From the NCBI GenBank assembly GCA_001244265.2, contig CDLV01000005.1, forward strand, positions 2,542,001 to 2,606,000: a stretch of DNA of 64,000 bases, in the 5' to 3' direction. The stretch's first letter is position 1. The number at the start of each line of letters is the position of its first letter. Made by a program: the position numbers and the translations under genes. The notes under the pieces were generated by a model. It saw only the letters and a program-made list of their open reading frames with translations. It was not told where the DNA came from and ran no database searches. This document shows positions 34,831 through 46,062 of this stretch, in pieces. Source of the stretch: Microbotryum violaceum. Lineage: Eukaryota.

Positions 34831-37800
34831 ATGGTTCGCTCCTACTTGCGACATGGTCCGACCGAGTCATTCGGTGTGATCGCGTCGTCGTCGTCCAACA
34901 GCGTCTACGACGGCAAACGAGCCTACGTACCCGCGCTCGAGGATGTGCTCGTATGGGACCTCAAAAAGGGCGAGCAGGTGAGATAGTTTCTCTCGCCTAT
35001 TCGACTTGTAACCAGACCTGATCTAGACCTGATGTTCCCCGTGTCCTGCGCACAGCACGCCATGTGGCATGAAACGGGCCTGAAAGCACTCGTCACTTCG
35101 ATCGCGCGTTCGCCCGTCGACTGGGACCAATTTGCCGTCGGGTACGCCGATGGTTCAATTCGGATATGGTCCGCTTCGACCGCTTCGGTCAGCGTCACGC
35201 TCAACGGTCACAAGAGTGCCGTCAGTGCATTGGCGTGGGATCGCGATGGCGCGAGGTTGGCCAGTGGGAGCAAGGATACCGATGTCATTCTTTGGGACGT
35301 CGTCGCCGAAGTCGGTCTGTTCAGGCTACGAGGACATAGGGACCAGATCACCGGTTTGATCTTTGTCGCGGCACCACCCCGATCCTCTTCCTCGGACCAA
35401 GAAGAAGCTGCCCAACCAAGCGCCGAAGATCCTTCCTCGGCCCGACCACCCCCTTCAACCCACCTTTTGACCTCGTCCAAGGACACGTTCATCAAGCTCT
35501 TCGATCTTTCGACCCAGCACTGCATCGAAACCGTCGTAGGCCATCAAGGGGAAGTGTGGTCCATCGCATACGACTCCCACTCGGCCGTCCTCGTTTCAGG
35601 AGGTGGAGAGGGCCAAGTCAAATGCTGGAAAGTCGATGCACCCGTGCTTGAACGAGGCATCACTGCGGAACTCGATACCACCACGACATCCTCACAAGCC
35701 CCGCGGACAACAGCGTCCAAACTCAAACGCGCTATTCGACCTTTGGCCGCCCTTCATCTCCCCAACACCTCCCACGCCCACAACATCACCCAAATCACCC
35801 TCCACCCAACCCTACCCGTCCTCGCCGTCCATTCGGGCGAGAAGACGATCGACGTCTTCCGACTCCGCACGGAGGAGGAACTGAGAAAGAAACTCGCACG
35901 AAGACGGAGGAGGGAGAGGGAAAAGTCGAGTAAAAAAGGCAAAGGCAAGGAGAAGCAAATCAATGACGACGCGGCGGACGATGATCAGGACGATGGGATC
36001 GTCGAGAATGCCGAGGGCGAGATCGAATGGAGAGATCGATTGGCCGTTTGGTCCGTCATTCGTGCGGGAGGTAAAGTGAGGAGTTTCGCTTTTGCTCCCG
36101 AGACGGCCAAGACGAAATCCGAAGTACAGGTTCTCGCCGCTCTCTCCAACAACTCGCTCGAGGTGTACAACCTGCCCAAACCGGCCTCGTCAAAAGCACC
36201 CGCCGTCGAACCCGTCAAGATGCATTCGCTTGATATTCCAGGCCATCGATCGGACGTCAGAACCTTGTGCGTGTCTTCCGACGACGCTCTCATCGCTTCG
36301 GCCAGTCAAGGCTCGCTCAAGATCTGGAACCTCAAGACGACCAAGTGTATCCGAACCATGGAATGCGGCTACGCCATCTGTTCAACCTTCTTGCCCGGCG
36401 ATCGACATGTCGTTGTGGGGACTAAAGCGGGCGAAGTGCTTCTCTACGATTTGGGTTCTTCGACCTTGCTCGAGACCTTCAGTGCGCACACCGGTCCCGT
36501 ATGGTCCCTGCACGTCCGACCCGATGGACGAGGTCTCGTCACAGGGAGCGGGGACAAGGACGTCAAATTCTGGGACTTTGAAGTACGCGAGATCCCTTCC
36601 GAAGTCGCCGATGGACCCGTGACTCGAGTCTTGACGATGGTGCATTCGCGCACACTCAAAATGACGGACGACATCCTCGCGATCAAGTACAGCCCCGACG
36701 GGAGGTTATTGGCCGTTTCGTTGCTCGATTCGACTGTCAAAGTATTCTACGCCGATACGCTCAAATTCTTCCTATCTCTTTATGGCCACAAGTTGCCCGT
36801 CTTGGCATTGGATATCTCGTCGGATTCCAAGTTGATCGTCACGTGTTCGGCGGATAAGAATATCAAAATCTGGGGGTTGGATTTCGGCGATTGTCATCGG
36901 TCATTATTTGGGCATGATGAGAGTATCATGCAGGTCGCTTTTGAAAGGGGGTCGCATTACTTTTGGAGTGTCGGGAAGGACAAGATGGTTAAGTATTGGG
37001 ATGGGGATAAGGTCAGTTCATTGTCAATCCCGATGTGAGATTTTGAATGGTCATTCATATCTCTTGCTCTCCTGCTCTCCTGCTCTCCACAGTTCGAATG
37101 CATTCAAAAACTGTCCGGCCACGCCGGGGAGATTTGGGCCTTGGCCGTTTCCCACCGCGCCAACTTCGTCATCACCGGATCGCACGACAAATCCATTCGC
37201 ATCTGGGAAAAGACGAACGAACCCCTCTTCCTCGAAGAAGAACGTGAGCGTGAGATTGAAGAGATGTACGATTCCAACCTCAACGGTCGAGGGGATAGGG
37301 ATGAGATGCGTGTGCTTCCGAATGGGGAAGAGGTTGTGGGACCTGAAGCGACGGACGTCTCGAAATCGACGACGGAGACGTTGATGGCTGGTGAGAGGAT
37401 CATCGAGGCGCTCGAGCTGTCCATCTTGGATCAACAACAGACCGCAGCGTACGAAGAGGAAGTCGCGGGGATGTCCGAGCAACAAAAAGCCAAGGTTCCC
37501 GTACCCTCCAGGAATGCGGTCTTCCAGATGTATGATGGCGTCGGTCCGCACGAGTATGTGCTAAAGGTTGTAAGGAAGATCCCGGCGGCAAGTTTGCATG
37601 ATGCGCTGTTAGTGTTGCCGTTCACGAGGGTGACGCAATTGATTGAGCATCTCGATGTGTGGGCTCATAAGGTCAGTCGCAGGTTGCGCTGCGCGACTCA
37701 AGTCGAAAGAGCTGGGAACTGATGAGGTAAATCGCCTTCACGTTCCAAAACAGGAATGGCAAATCATTCTTACCTCACGCGTACTCTTCTTCCTTCTGCG

Positions 37801-38068
37801 CACGCACCACTCCCAAATCGTCGCGACCCGAGCCCTTCGGCAAACGATGATGTCCCTCCGAGCCCACCTCCGCGCCGCTCTCAACCGACAAAAAGACGCC
37901 ATCGGCTACAATCTCGCGGCATTGAAATATATCCAACGCCAACACGACGCGAACAAGACGGCGGATTTCTTCGAAAAGGATGTCGAAGGGGTTTTGGACG
38001 AGGATAAGGTGAGGGAGAAGATTGAGATGGGTCTAAAAAAGAGGAAGAGGGCGACCTTGAGAAGCTGA
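34831..38068 (+). CDS. DIP2: U3 snoRNA-associated WD40 protein DIP2/UTP12 (WDR3)
   Basis: MVRSYLRH..FGVIAS, multiple WD repeats (GHKSAV..SGSKDTDVILWD, GHRSDVR, LYGHKLPV) and C-terminal Utp12 domain (LHDALLVLPF, IGYNLAAL). Confidence 0.95.
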
Positions 38069-39149
38069 TGAGGGGGCACTATGCGTTGGAGGGACGGATT
38101 TGAAATGGACTGTATCGAAGCTAGGCAACTCACTAGGCTATGCGTTCTCGCTCAACTTCCGAGAGATCAATTTGAAATAGCCGGAAAAGTCTTACGGCAG
38201 GGGTACAGGGAACCCCTGGGGCTTTTTAGTGTGCTGCTTTACCGAGTAGAGGATCGAGCACACCACGTCGTAGGAATAGATAACTTCGAATGACGTTGCA
38301 GGTCCCACGCGTGGCAGTTCCGAAATTGCCGGTTGGAAAGCGGTCCGAGTGGACTCTTGAACACCTCAGAGAGCGCTCTGCACCACACTTCCCCCGCATT
38401 GCAGGCTCCTAAAGGTGCCGAGATCGGCACCAAAAGTTGAAGATCGAACGGCAACGGCGCGACGCTGTAAGGGTGCCCTTGCCGGGCCCTCGTGATCTAA
38501 CGGCGCGACCGGGATCAGTTGTCTCATATTGAATCATGGCAGATGTACGTTGGTCGTTTGGTGCAAGGTGGTGGCTTGCCGTCGGTTCGCGACGGATCTA
38601 CGGCCGAACGCCGATTCGTGAAGGCGCTCCTTCGGATGTCTCAGGTCTGTAGCGCCGAGCTTTTGGCTCCTGACGGAGGCGACGTGAAACATGGGACGAG
38701 TCCGGGATAAATTGGCCCAATCGCCTTACTAATTCAGTAGGTGGTACCCACTGCACTTGAAACCACTACCACTGTATAACGTCAAGCTGGCGCAAGCGTA
38801 GGTGCTCTCATATGAAGGGTGCTTCCCTCGAAGGATAACTCAGGGCTAGTGACGGTACGATCATGACCTCCTCTGTTCTGGTTTCCGAGGCCTGAAGAAG
38901 TAATACTTACGGTTGTCTCCGAACGCCACGTGTTTCAACAGGGGCGCTTCTCTCCTGCTGGCTCTCGGCCCTCGTGGGGTGACCCACTGCATGTACCTCC
39001 AAACCCCTGAGCCTCGAAACAAGCGTCGTTAGGCCACCCGTCCATTGAGATAGTACTTACTTGACCTAGTGGCCAAGTTGCGTTCTCCCTCTCTCCCTCT
39101 CATCCGCTTCCCACATCTCATTTCTGTCCCCGTAGGGTATACTGGAGCC

Positions 39150-41489
39150 ATGTTGTGCATGTCTTCCACCTTACTTTTGCTCCTCCCCACTCTCGCGCTC
39201 GCCTCAAAATCCTCCGGTTCCAAGTCTGCCCCAGGTGCCGGCTGCACGGGGACCATCTCGTCTCTCGACGACGTGAGCGCGGCTCTCAAATGCCAAACCA
39301 TTAACATCAACTCTTTCACAATCCCCGGTGGCAAGACCCTCAACCTTAAGTCCTCGTTGGACAATGTTGTCATAAATCTCCGTAAGCATCCGCTAACGGT
39401 CCTCTACGGCTTCGGGCTTTGTTCCGCATCACTGGGTAATGACTCATGGTCTTCATTGGGGGAATCTCAACAGTGGGCGACCTTGTATTCGAGGTAGAAT
39501 ACTGGCGAGGGAGTCTTATGATCGGTGAGCTCAGTCTTTGTGTCAACAAAGAGGGGTCAAGGACCCCCCCCCCCCCCTGTCTACTACTACTACTACTCTA
39601 CTACTCGGGTGGCCGAGATTGTTACTCGAGTTGGTCATGGAAGCTGACGCGTCCGGTATACGAACCTACCTGCGCAGTGGGCGGGAATAATCTTCAACTC
39701 AACGGTGGTGGCAACACCATCAACGCAAATGGACAGGAATATTGGTAGGTTCGGGTTCATGCTGCGGCCGCGCGGAGAGGATTTGCTCTCGGCCTGATCG
39801 GCAAGGTTCGCTGACGGACCGTGATCGATCCCAGGGACAACAAAGGATCAAAGGTGAGCTCGTCGAGCACAGGTGGCGTTAATTGACCCGTCACTGACGA
39901 TCCCTGGTGTGGCCCATTGTGCGGAATGACAACAGAACGGTAGTAAGTAGCTTTCCCACTGGCCCTGGTTGACCCACCCAGCCATGAGCTGATAAAGCTC
40001 GATATTGTTGAACAAAACACCCGTGTTTGAGCAGGATCGAAGCCTTCCCCTACGTTGCACATAATTGGGGCGGTTTAGTCCAAGATCTCACCATCCTAAA
40101 CACCCCCGCCCAAGCTGTCTCTATCCAGAATTCCGAGCCTTTGTTGGTGAGGAACGTTCTCGTCGATGACCGTGCTGGGGATGCCCTAGGGCGCAAGTGA
40201 GTTGCTCTCCCACTGAGGTGTCTTCCAGGTTCCACGAAGGGGGCCATTGCAGAAGATCGTATCTGACGATGCGGTCTTTCGTAAAACATCCAGTACCGAC
40301 GGGTTTGGTGTCTCCTCATCGACCGGCCTCACCATCGATAATTGCACCGTGTATAATCAAGATGTGAGCGCGCTCCCAATTGGGTATCCACTTCTGATTC
40401 TAGCACTCAACCTGACCTTTCCTCTCTCCGCTCGGCTTCAGGACTGCATCGCCCTCAACAGTGCGAATAACACCGTCATCAATAACGTCAACTGCTACAA
40501 TGGTCACGGTATTTCGATCGGGTCCATGCAGAGGTGAGTCGGCCCTTTGCGCTCTTGTGTCCGCTGTACCTCCCTGAAACAGTGTTCCGTCTCAATCCTG
40601 TAGCAATCAGCAGGTCACCAACGTGCGAGTAGAAAACTCCAATATCGTGAATTCAGAGCAGTGCATCCGAGTCAAGGCTTTCCCCAACTTGAAGAACTCA
40701 CTGGTTCAGAAAGTTAGATACTCGGGCAACACTGTGAGTCTCATGGCTTCTCAGTTGCGCTCGCGATCTGTCCACTCCGAGTGTCACAAAATACTGAGTC
40801 TGTGGGTGAATGTAGTGCACCGGTGCGCGGAAATTCGGGGTTTTGTTCAACCAGAGCAAGCACAAATACTCAAAATGATTTATTGATGCTGTCTAAGCGT
40901 CTATCAACCCTAATCAACCATTGAAAATGATATTTCAGACTACCAGGAACATGCGAAGGTCGATACGAAAACAAGTCTCGCCCAAGTTCCTTCGACCGAG
41001 ATGCAAATCAACGACATCGAATTCACGGGCACGAACAACCTCTTCGAAGTCGAAAAAACTGCATGGCGCTTTGGCGGGACCTGTGCACTGGGGAAGTGCA
41101 ACCGCTGGAACTTCGAATCCCTCGTGGTCAAAGGTGGCACTCCGGGCGTGTTTCTCAATACCCCTATCGACGACTTTGTACATAGCTCTTCCGGTTCTGA
41201 AGGGTCAAAATCGGCTCCTCGTCAGCCTGCCCCAGGAGACGGTTCCACCGACTCTTCGAAAAGTCCGGATCCTTCTTCGCACGACAAGTCCGGTAACGGC
41301 ACCGCTGGTTCTCCGGCTGATCCCAACACTGGCTCGACTCCTCTTGCGACGCCCCTCCCGAAGACTCACCAAAACCCCAAGTCCAAGCATCACGGTCAGC
41401 ACCAAGGTCACGGTTCGCACACACACACACACAGATCCCTGCGCCTCGCTAAGCGTCGTCTCGAAGACATTGCTTACCAGGCCAAATAG
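39150..41489 (+). pseudogene. GH28 endopolygalacturonase (secreted), apparently disrupted by a 1-nt deletion near 40062
   Basis: Signal peptide, CTGTISSLDDV..C, and catalytic motifs NTDG, NQD|DC, GHGISIGS, RVK. Exon 6 reads KPSPTLHI then TAG at 40076 unless one base is restored, which gives ..LHINWGGLVQDLTILNTPAQ. Confidence 0.75.
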
Positions 41490-43096
41490 TCCCTGCTCCA
41501 GCCCGCCCAGTTTGCGTTGTTCATTATTGACACCCCCGGTTGGATTGGCCTTCGCCACTCTTTCAGAACCTCCCGAGTTTTGGGCATTGTCTCTGCCAGG
41601 AGCGAGATTTGTCCAGACCGTCTTTTCCGCTAATTCATCTTTAAGATTTGTCTTTCTCACGTTTGATACGGCGCTTGATGCGTTTCGTGCAATATCGAAT
41701 TTTTATTACACCCCACTTATGTGTAAGACATCAAATTTGTGCACCTCGCCTGCCTTGTTGGTATACCAGTTTGCAACGAGTATCACTCGGACCACTGAGG
41801 GGTCGAGGTGAGACACTTTTGGGCGCGACGTGGCGGGCATTCAAAGGCGGAGGAGACCTTTTCTCGACTGCATCACCGGGTGATCCAGTGCTGTGGAGAC
41901 GCCTTACTAGGTGAAGTGACCACTGCTGAGACCTCGATAGACACATATTGTTTAACATCGAGATGGGATACGGGATGGTGCCGATGCGACGTCCCTTATC
42001 AACGTCGAAAGGTATTCTCTAGCGTCAGATTCACCCCTTTCCCGCCTGCTCGGCCGAAGCGGGCTTAGCGCTATCAACATAGAGTCGTCACCAAAGTAGG
42101 TTGTCGTCCGTCGGAGCGATCTCAGTGTTGGTCTGTTTGATCTGTCTTTCCGAAGGTTTGATCTCTTAGACATCGTCGAATTGCCCCTTGCTCAATCACA
42201 CTCACTCGGAGGGAGGGAGTTCCCTGCGGTTCCCTTCGAGCCTTCACCGACAATTACCGACGTGCTACGTTCCATTTCAGAGACGTGGTCGCCGTGCGAA
42301 TTTGAAAGACTCGGTCGGTGACCATAAGCAGCAGTCGGTGGTGCTCCGGCTTCAATTCGGGGTCTCCTTACTTTGGCGGAGCTGCTGGGCTCCTAGTCCC
42401 CCGGACCTTCGAATTCCCGACGGTGCGTGACCGCGTGTGGTCACAAAACCTATTGGGGCGGCTGTGCGTTTGGGGGTTTCCAAGTCAGCGGCCGCTCGCC
42501 TGGCAAGCTTCTAAACGTCCACATGGACCCCTACGTTAGCGCCTTCCTCTCCTAAGCTCCCGGCAGCCCCGGCCTTCTTCACCACTGCAGCCCACGGCGG
42601 ACATTATCACTCGAAGCGCCGTGGTGTCGGCGGCTTCGTCGCCTAGTGATGTTTTTTGGGCTAAAATTTTGGCCTCTACATTGGTCTCATTCTTTGAAAA
42701 AGCTTTCACTCACTTCAATCAACGTCGGTAGATTCGTCTCTGCTTTTATCATACTGCATCGCTGGCTTTCATTTCATGCCGATCGCTTGATGGGTTTCAC
42801 GCTTTTGATTGGCCTGACCTCGTGGTGAAAAGCGCCCCTTTGCCGCACCAAAGTGATTACACAGGCGCTGCTGCAACCGTAAGCCATGCGATTTCGACGG
42901 GATGAGTGGAATAGGAGCCTCCCTTCACGCCTCCGAGGCGCACCAGCGGAATCAGCGCGTCGCTCCGCGATCACCGTGCGCCGCTGTCGTCCGTCTTCTC
43001 CGGGGCCGGGTCAAGATGAGACGCCGCCGCCGCTTCGACTCCGGGTTCGTCTCCTTCCCACCTCCGCCCTCTTCCGCAACCGTTGCTGCATTCGAC

Positions 43097-45646
43097 ATGA
43101 CTTGGGTTGCACTCGACCAATTTGACCAGACCTTTGGCACTTGTATCGGTAAGTCGTGAATGGCGAATATGTTGTCCATAAAGTGCGCCTGCGAACGACG
43201 AGGGTACTTGATCACCGGCTGACCCTCGGTTGATCTTCCTCCCATGCTTCGTCCGCTGTTTCCGCGGTTTCCGCTCGGTGGCCCGCTGCCCTTGATGGCG
43301 CTGTAGAGCTCTCCTCGGAAGCCCTGGGAGGCTCGATCGTCGCCGTATCGGACGAGTTCTTTGCTCCGGCAAAATGCTTGCTGCGAGTGCCTGTAAGTCG
43401 TCTCCAACCGTAAAGCCGAAGCTCGGCCGACCCCACTGACAGAAAATCATCTACGACCGTCTGCTTATCGCTCACACAGCCGAGTGAGAGTCTGAAGGGC
43501 CAATTCGGTCCCAACGGAGCCTTGTTCGATGGTCAGTTATCCTCTGTTTTATGGAAGAAGAGTGCATTGTGCAGGATCTGGGAGACTAATTGGCCTCGGT
43601 ATACTGCGAGAACACACAGGTTGGGAATCGAGGAGGCACTGTGAGACGTACGACTGGGTCATCATCAAGCTCGGTGCATTGGGGACACTTCAGGGCTGCG
43701 ATATCGATACCGGTCATTTTTCAGGGAACGAGTTGAGTCCCTCCGCGGCCCGCAATCGGACCGGACGTGCTCACGGAGCACGGATCAGCTGATAACGTCG
43801 GAATCCCCCCCACGTGGTTACTCGACTTGAACAGATCTCCGGCTAGCGGAGTATGGGGCGCCTGTATCCCCGAGGGTGAGACCATCACCGAGAGCAGCCC
43901 ACTTGTATGTCACATTTTTCGATTATCCAATGCAGCGACCAGAAGCTAACCTCAATCTCGGATACCTCTGCTGAGCAGTGGACTCCTCTGCTACCCATCA
44001 CGCCCCTTGGACCAGCACAACGACATCTGTTCCGCTTTGACGAGGTCTCGGCCCCGACGACCCACGTCAAGCTGACCATGCACCCGGACGGCGGGATCGG
44101 TCGTTTCCGAGCGTACGGCTCCGTCGTACCCGCGCCTTCGGGACCCGCAGAGGAGGCCGTCGATTTGGCCCACGTCCTCAACGGCGGTATGGTCACGGGT
44201 GAGAGCGATCAACATTTCGGTCGCGGTGGCAACTTGATCTTGCCCGGACGAGGGAAGGATATGGGTGATGGCTGGGAAACCAAGAGGAGTCGCGGGCGTC
44301 TCGGGACAGGCAAAGGCGATTGGGTTGTTATTCAGCTGTGAGTCCGGTCTCCGTTCCACAAAGGGGATGCGCAAATTCCTGTTTCTGACTCGTCGCATAC
44401 GATTTTACCAGCGCCGAGCCCGGCTACTTGGAATGGGCCGATCTCGACACGAACCACTTTGTTGGCAATTTCCCTCAATCTGCTGAACTGTACGGAATCG
44501 TTTCAGACGAAGTGAGATTTATCCATCATCGCAGACGCCGTCCTACAAAATTCGTCGACTGACTAAGGTCATGATTCTCCCTTGACACAGAAACTGCCCG
44601 CACAAGATGCCGACTGGACTTTGATTTTGGGTCAAACACGACTTGGGCCCCACCGTCAGCATTTCTTCCAGCTCGAGCACCCCGAAAAGGTGTGGACACA
44701 TGTTCGACTCAGCATTTATCCTGGTGGGTCGAGAGCGCCGTTTGATCAAGACTGGGAATCCATCTGAACGAGGCCGAGGTTCTGAGTCCCTACAGATGGC
44801 GGTGTCAAACGTGTTCGCCTTTTTGGCCGAAGGGCATCCCGATTCCCTTCCTACAAGGGGCTCAGCCCGCTCCCCTCGCCGGCAACCAACCTTTTGAACG
44901 ATACCAACGGATCCGGACCGAACGGTCTTCCGCCAGCCGTCCCGGCCAAGTCGAGCGACCGAGTCCCGCAGGTCCCCGCCGTTCCTTTGACCGGTGATGC
45001 GTTCGCCAAGTACGGCTCGGTGATCCAATCGTACCCCGACCATCGATCGGCGCGCAAGGACGTCGTGATCAAGCCCGTCAACTTTGGCACGGCGTTCAAG
45101 TTTAACCACTTGTCGCCCGTGACGTGGGTGCAACCCTCTTCTCGACCGGACGTCAAAGGCCAAGTCAATTTCTGTGTCTTCCGTTGCGACGCGCAGAATG
45201 GGGTCAAGTCGGCCCAGACGGGCAAGGAAGAATGGCCCGTGACTGTGCTCGAACGCCACGAGTTCTCAAGTCAGGCTTTCGTACCGATGGGAGGTGGAGG
45301 CGGTCGGTACCTCGTGTTGGTGTGCTTGCCGAACGAGACGGATGGACAGCCTGACCTCAAGACGCTGAGGGCGTTTATGGCGACGCACTCGCAAGGCATC
45401 TCGTACCACCCCAGTGTTTGGCACCACCCGATCGTCGCTCTGGATGCGGTGAGTTTTGCCTTGAAGCTCTCCTTGCGCTCTGCTCCGCTCTGCGCTCGCT
45501 GACACGTGCGCTGCTTCTTTCGGAATTGGTTCCCATCTTGCCAGACGACTGATTTCGCGTGCGTCGTTCATGAGACGGGTGTTCCTGAGATTGACTGCGA
45601 GATTAAGCAATTCGGTCAGACGGTCGCGATCGTGCACGAGGTCTAA
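43097..45646 (+). CDS. DAL2: Allantoicase - ureidoglycolate lyase fusion protein (DAL2-DAL3)
   Basis: Two allantoicase repeats (SDEFF, DGWESRRH, DIDTGHFSGN, PDGGIGRFR, DGWETKRSR, DTNHFVGNFP, YPDGGVKR) continue in frame into LTGDAFAKYG..LERHEFSSQAFVPM..GISYHPSVWHHP. Confidence 0.92.
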
Positions 45647-46062
45647 GCAAGGAGGTCGTGGTCGAAAAGGCTAGAGGCTCGGCCGGCCTTTGTAGCCTTC
45701 GGAGCCGTGAAAGGTGAATCGCCTCCTGAATCAATTTGGGGCCATGCTCTTGAGCTGTAGCGGTTGCATGTTTGGATGTCTGTCGTCGTCTTGAAACTAT
45801 TTTTAGAACTATGTTATGTTCAAACGAATGTACTAAACTGTGGATATTACCATCGGCGGCGCGATAAGCCAAGTCGGAGGCAGATTAAATTGAATCGAAA
45901 TTATTTGATTAGCGATCAATCTAACTCGGCTCGAGTTCAAAAGCAGGCCTTCTGCGACGCGGTGCGGCGACCGCTTTTGCCTCGTCACACCAGGGTCACA
46001 CCACGCTCGCTCGCTCGCTCGCCTCGCCCTCCCACCGCCTCGCACGAGCCAAAAGCCACACC

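Noticed and set aside
5496..45646. FUR1, PUT1 and DAL2-DAL3 as a nitrogen-salvage gene cluster
   Set aside because: They are separated by many unrelated housekeeping genes and belong to different pathways.
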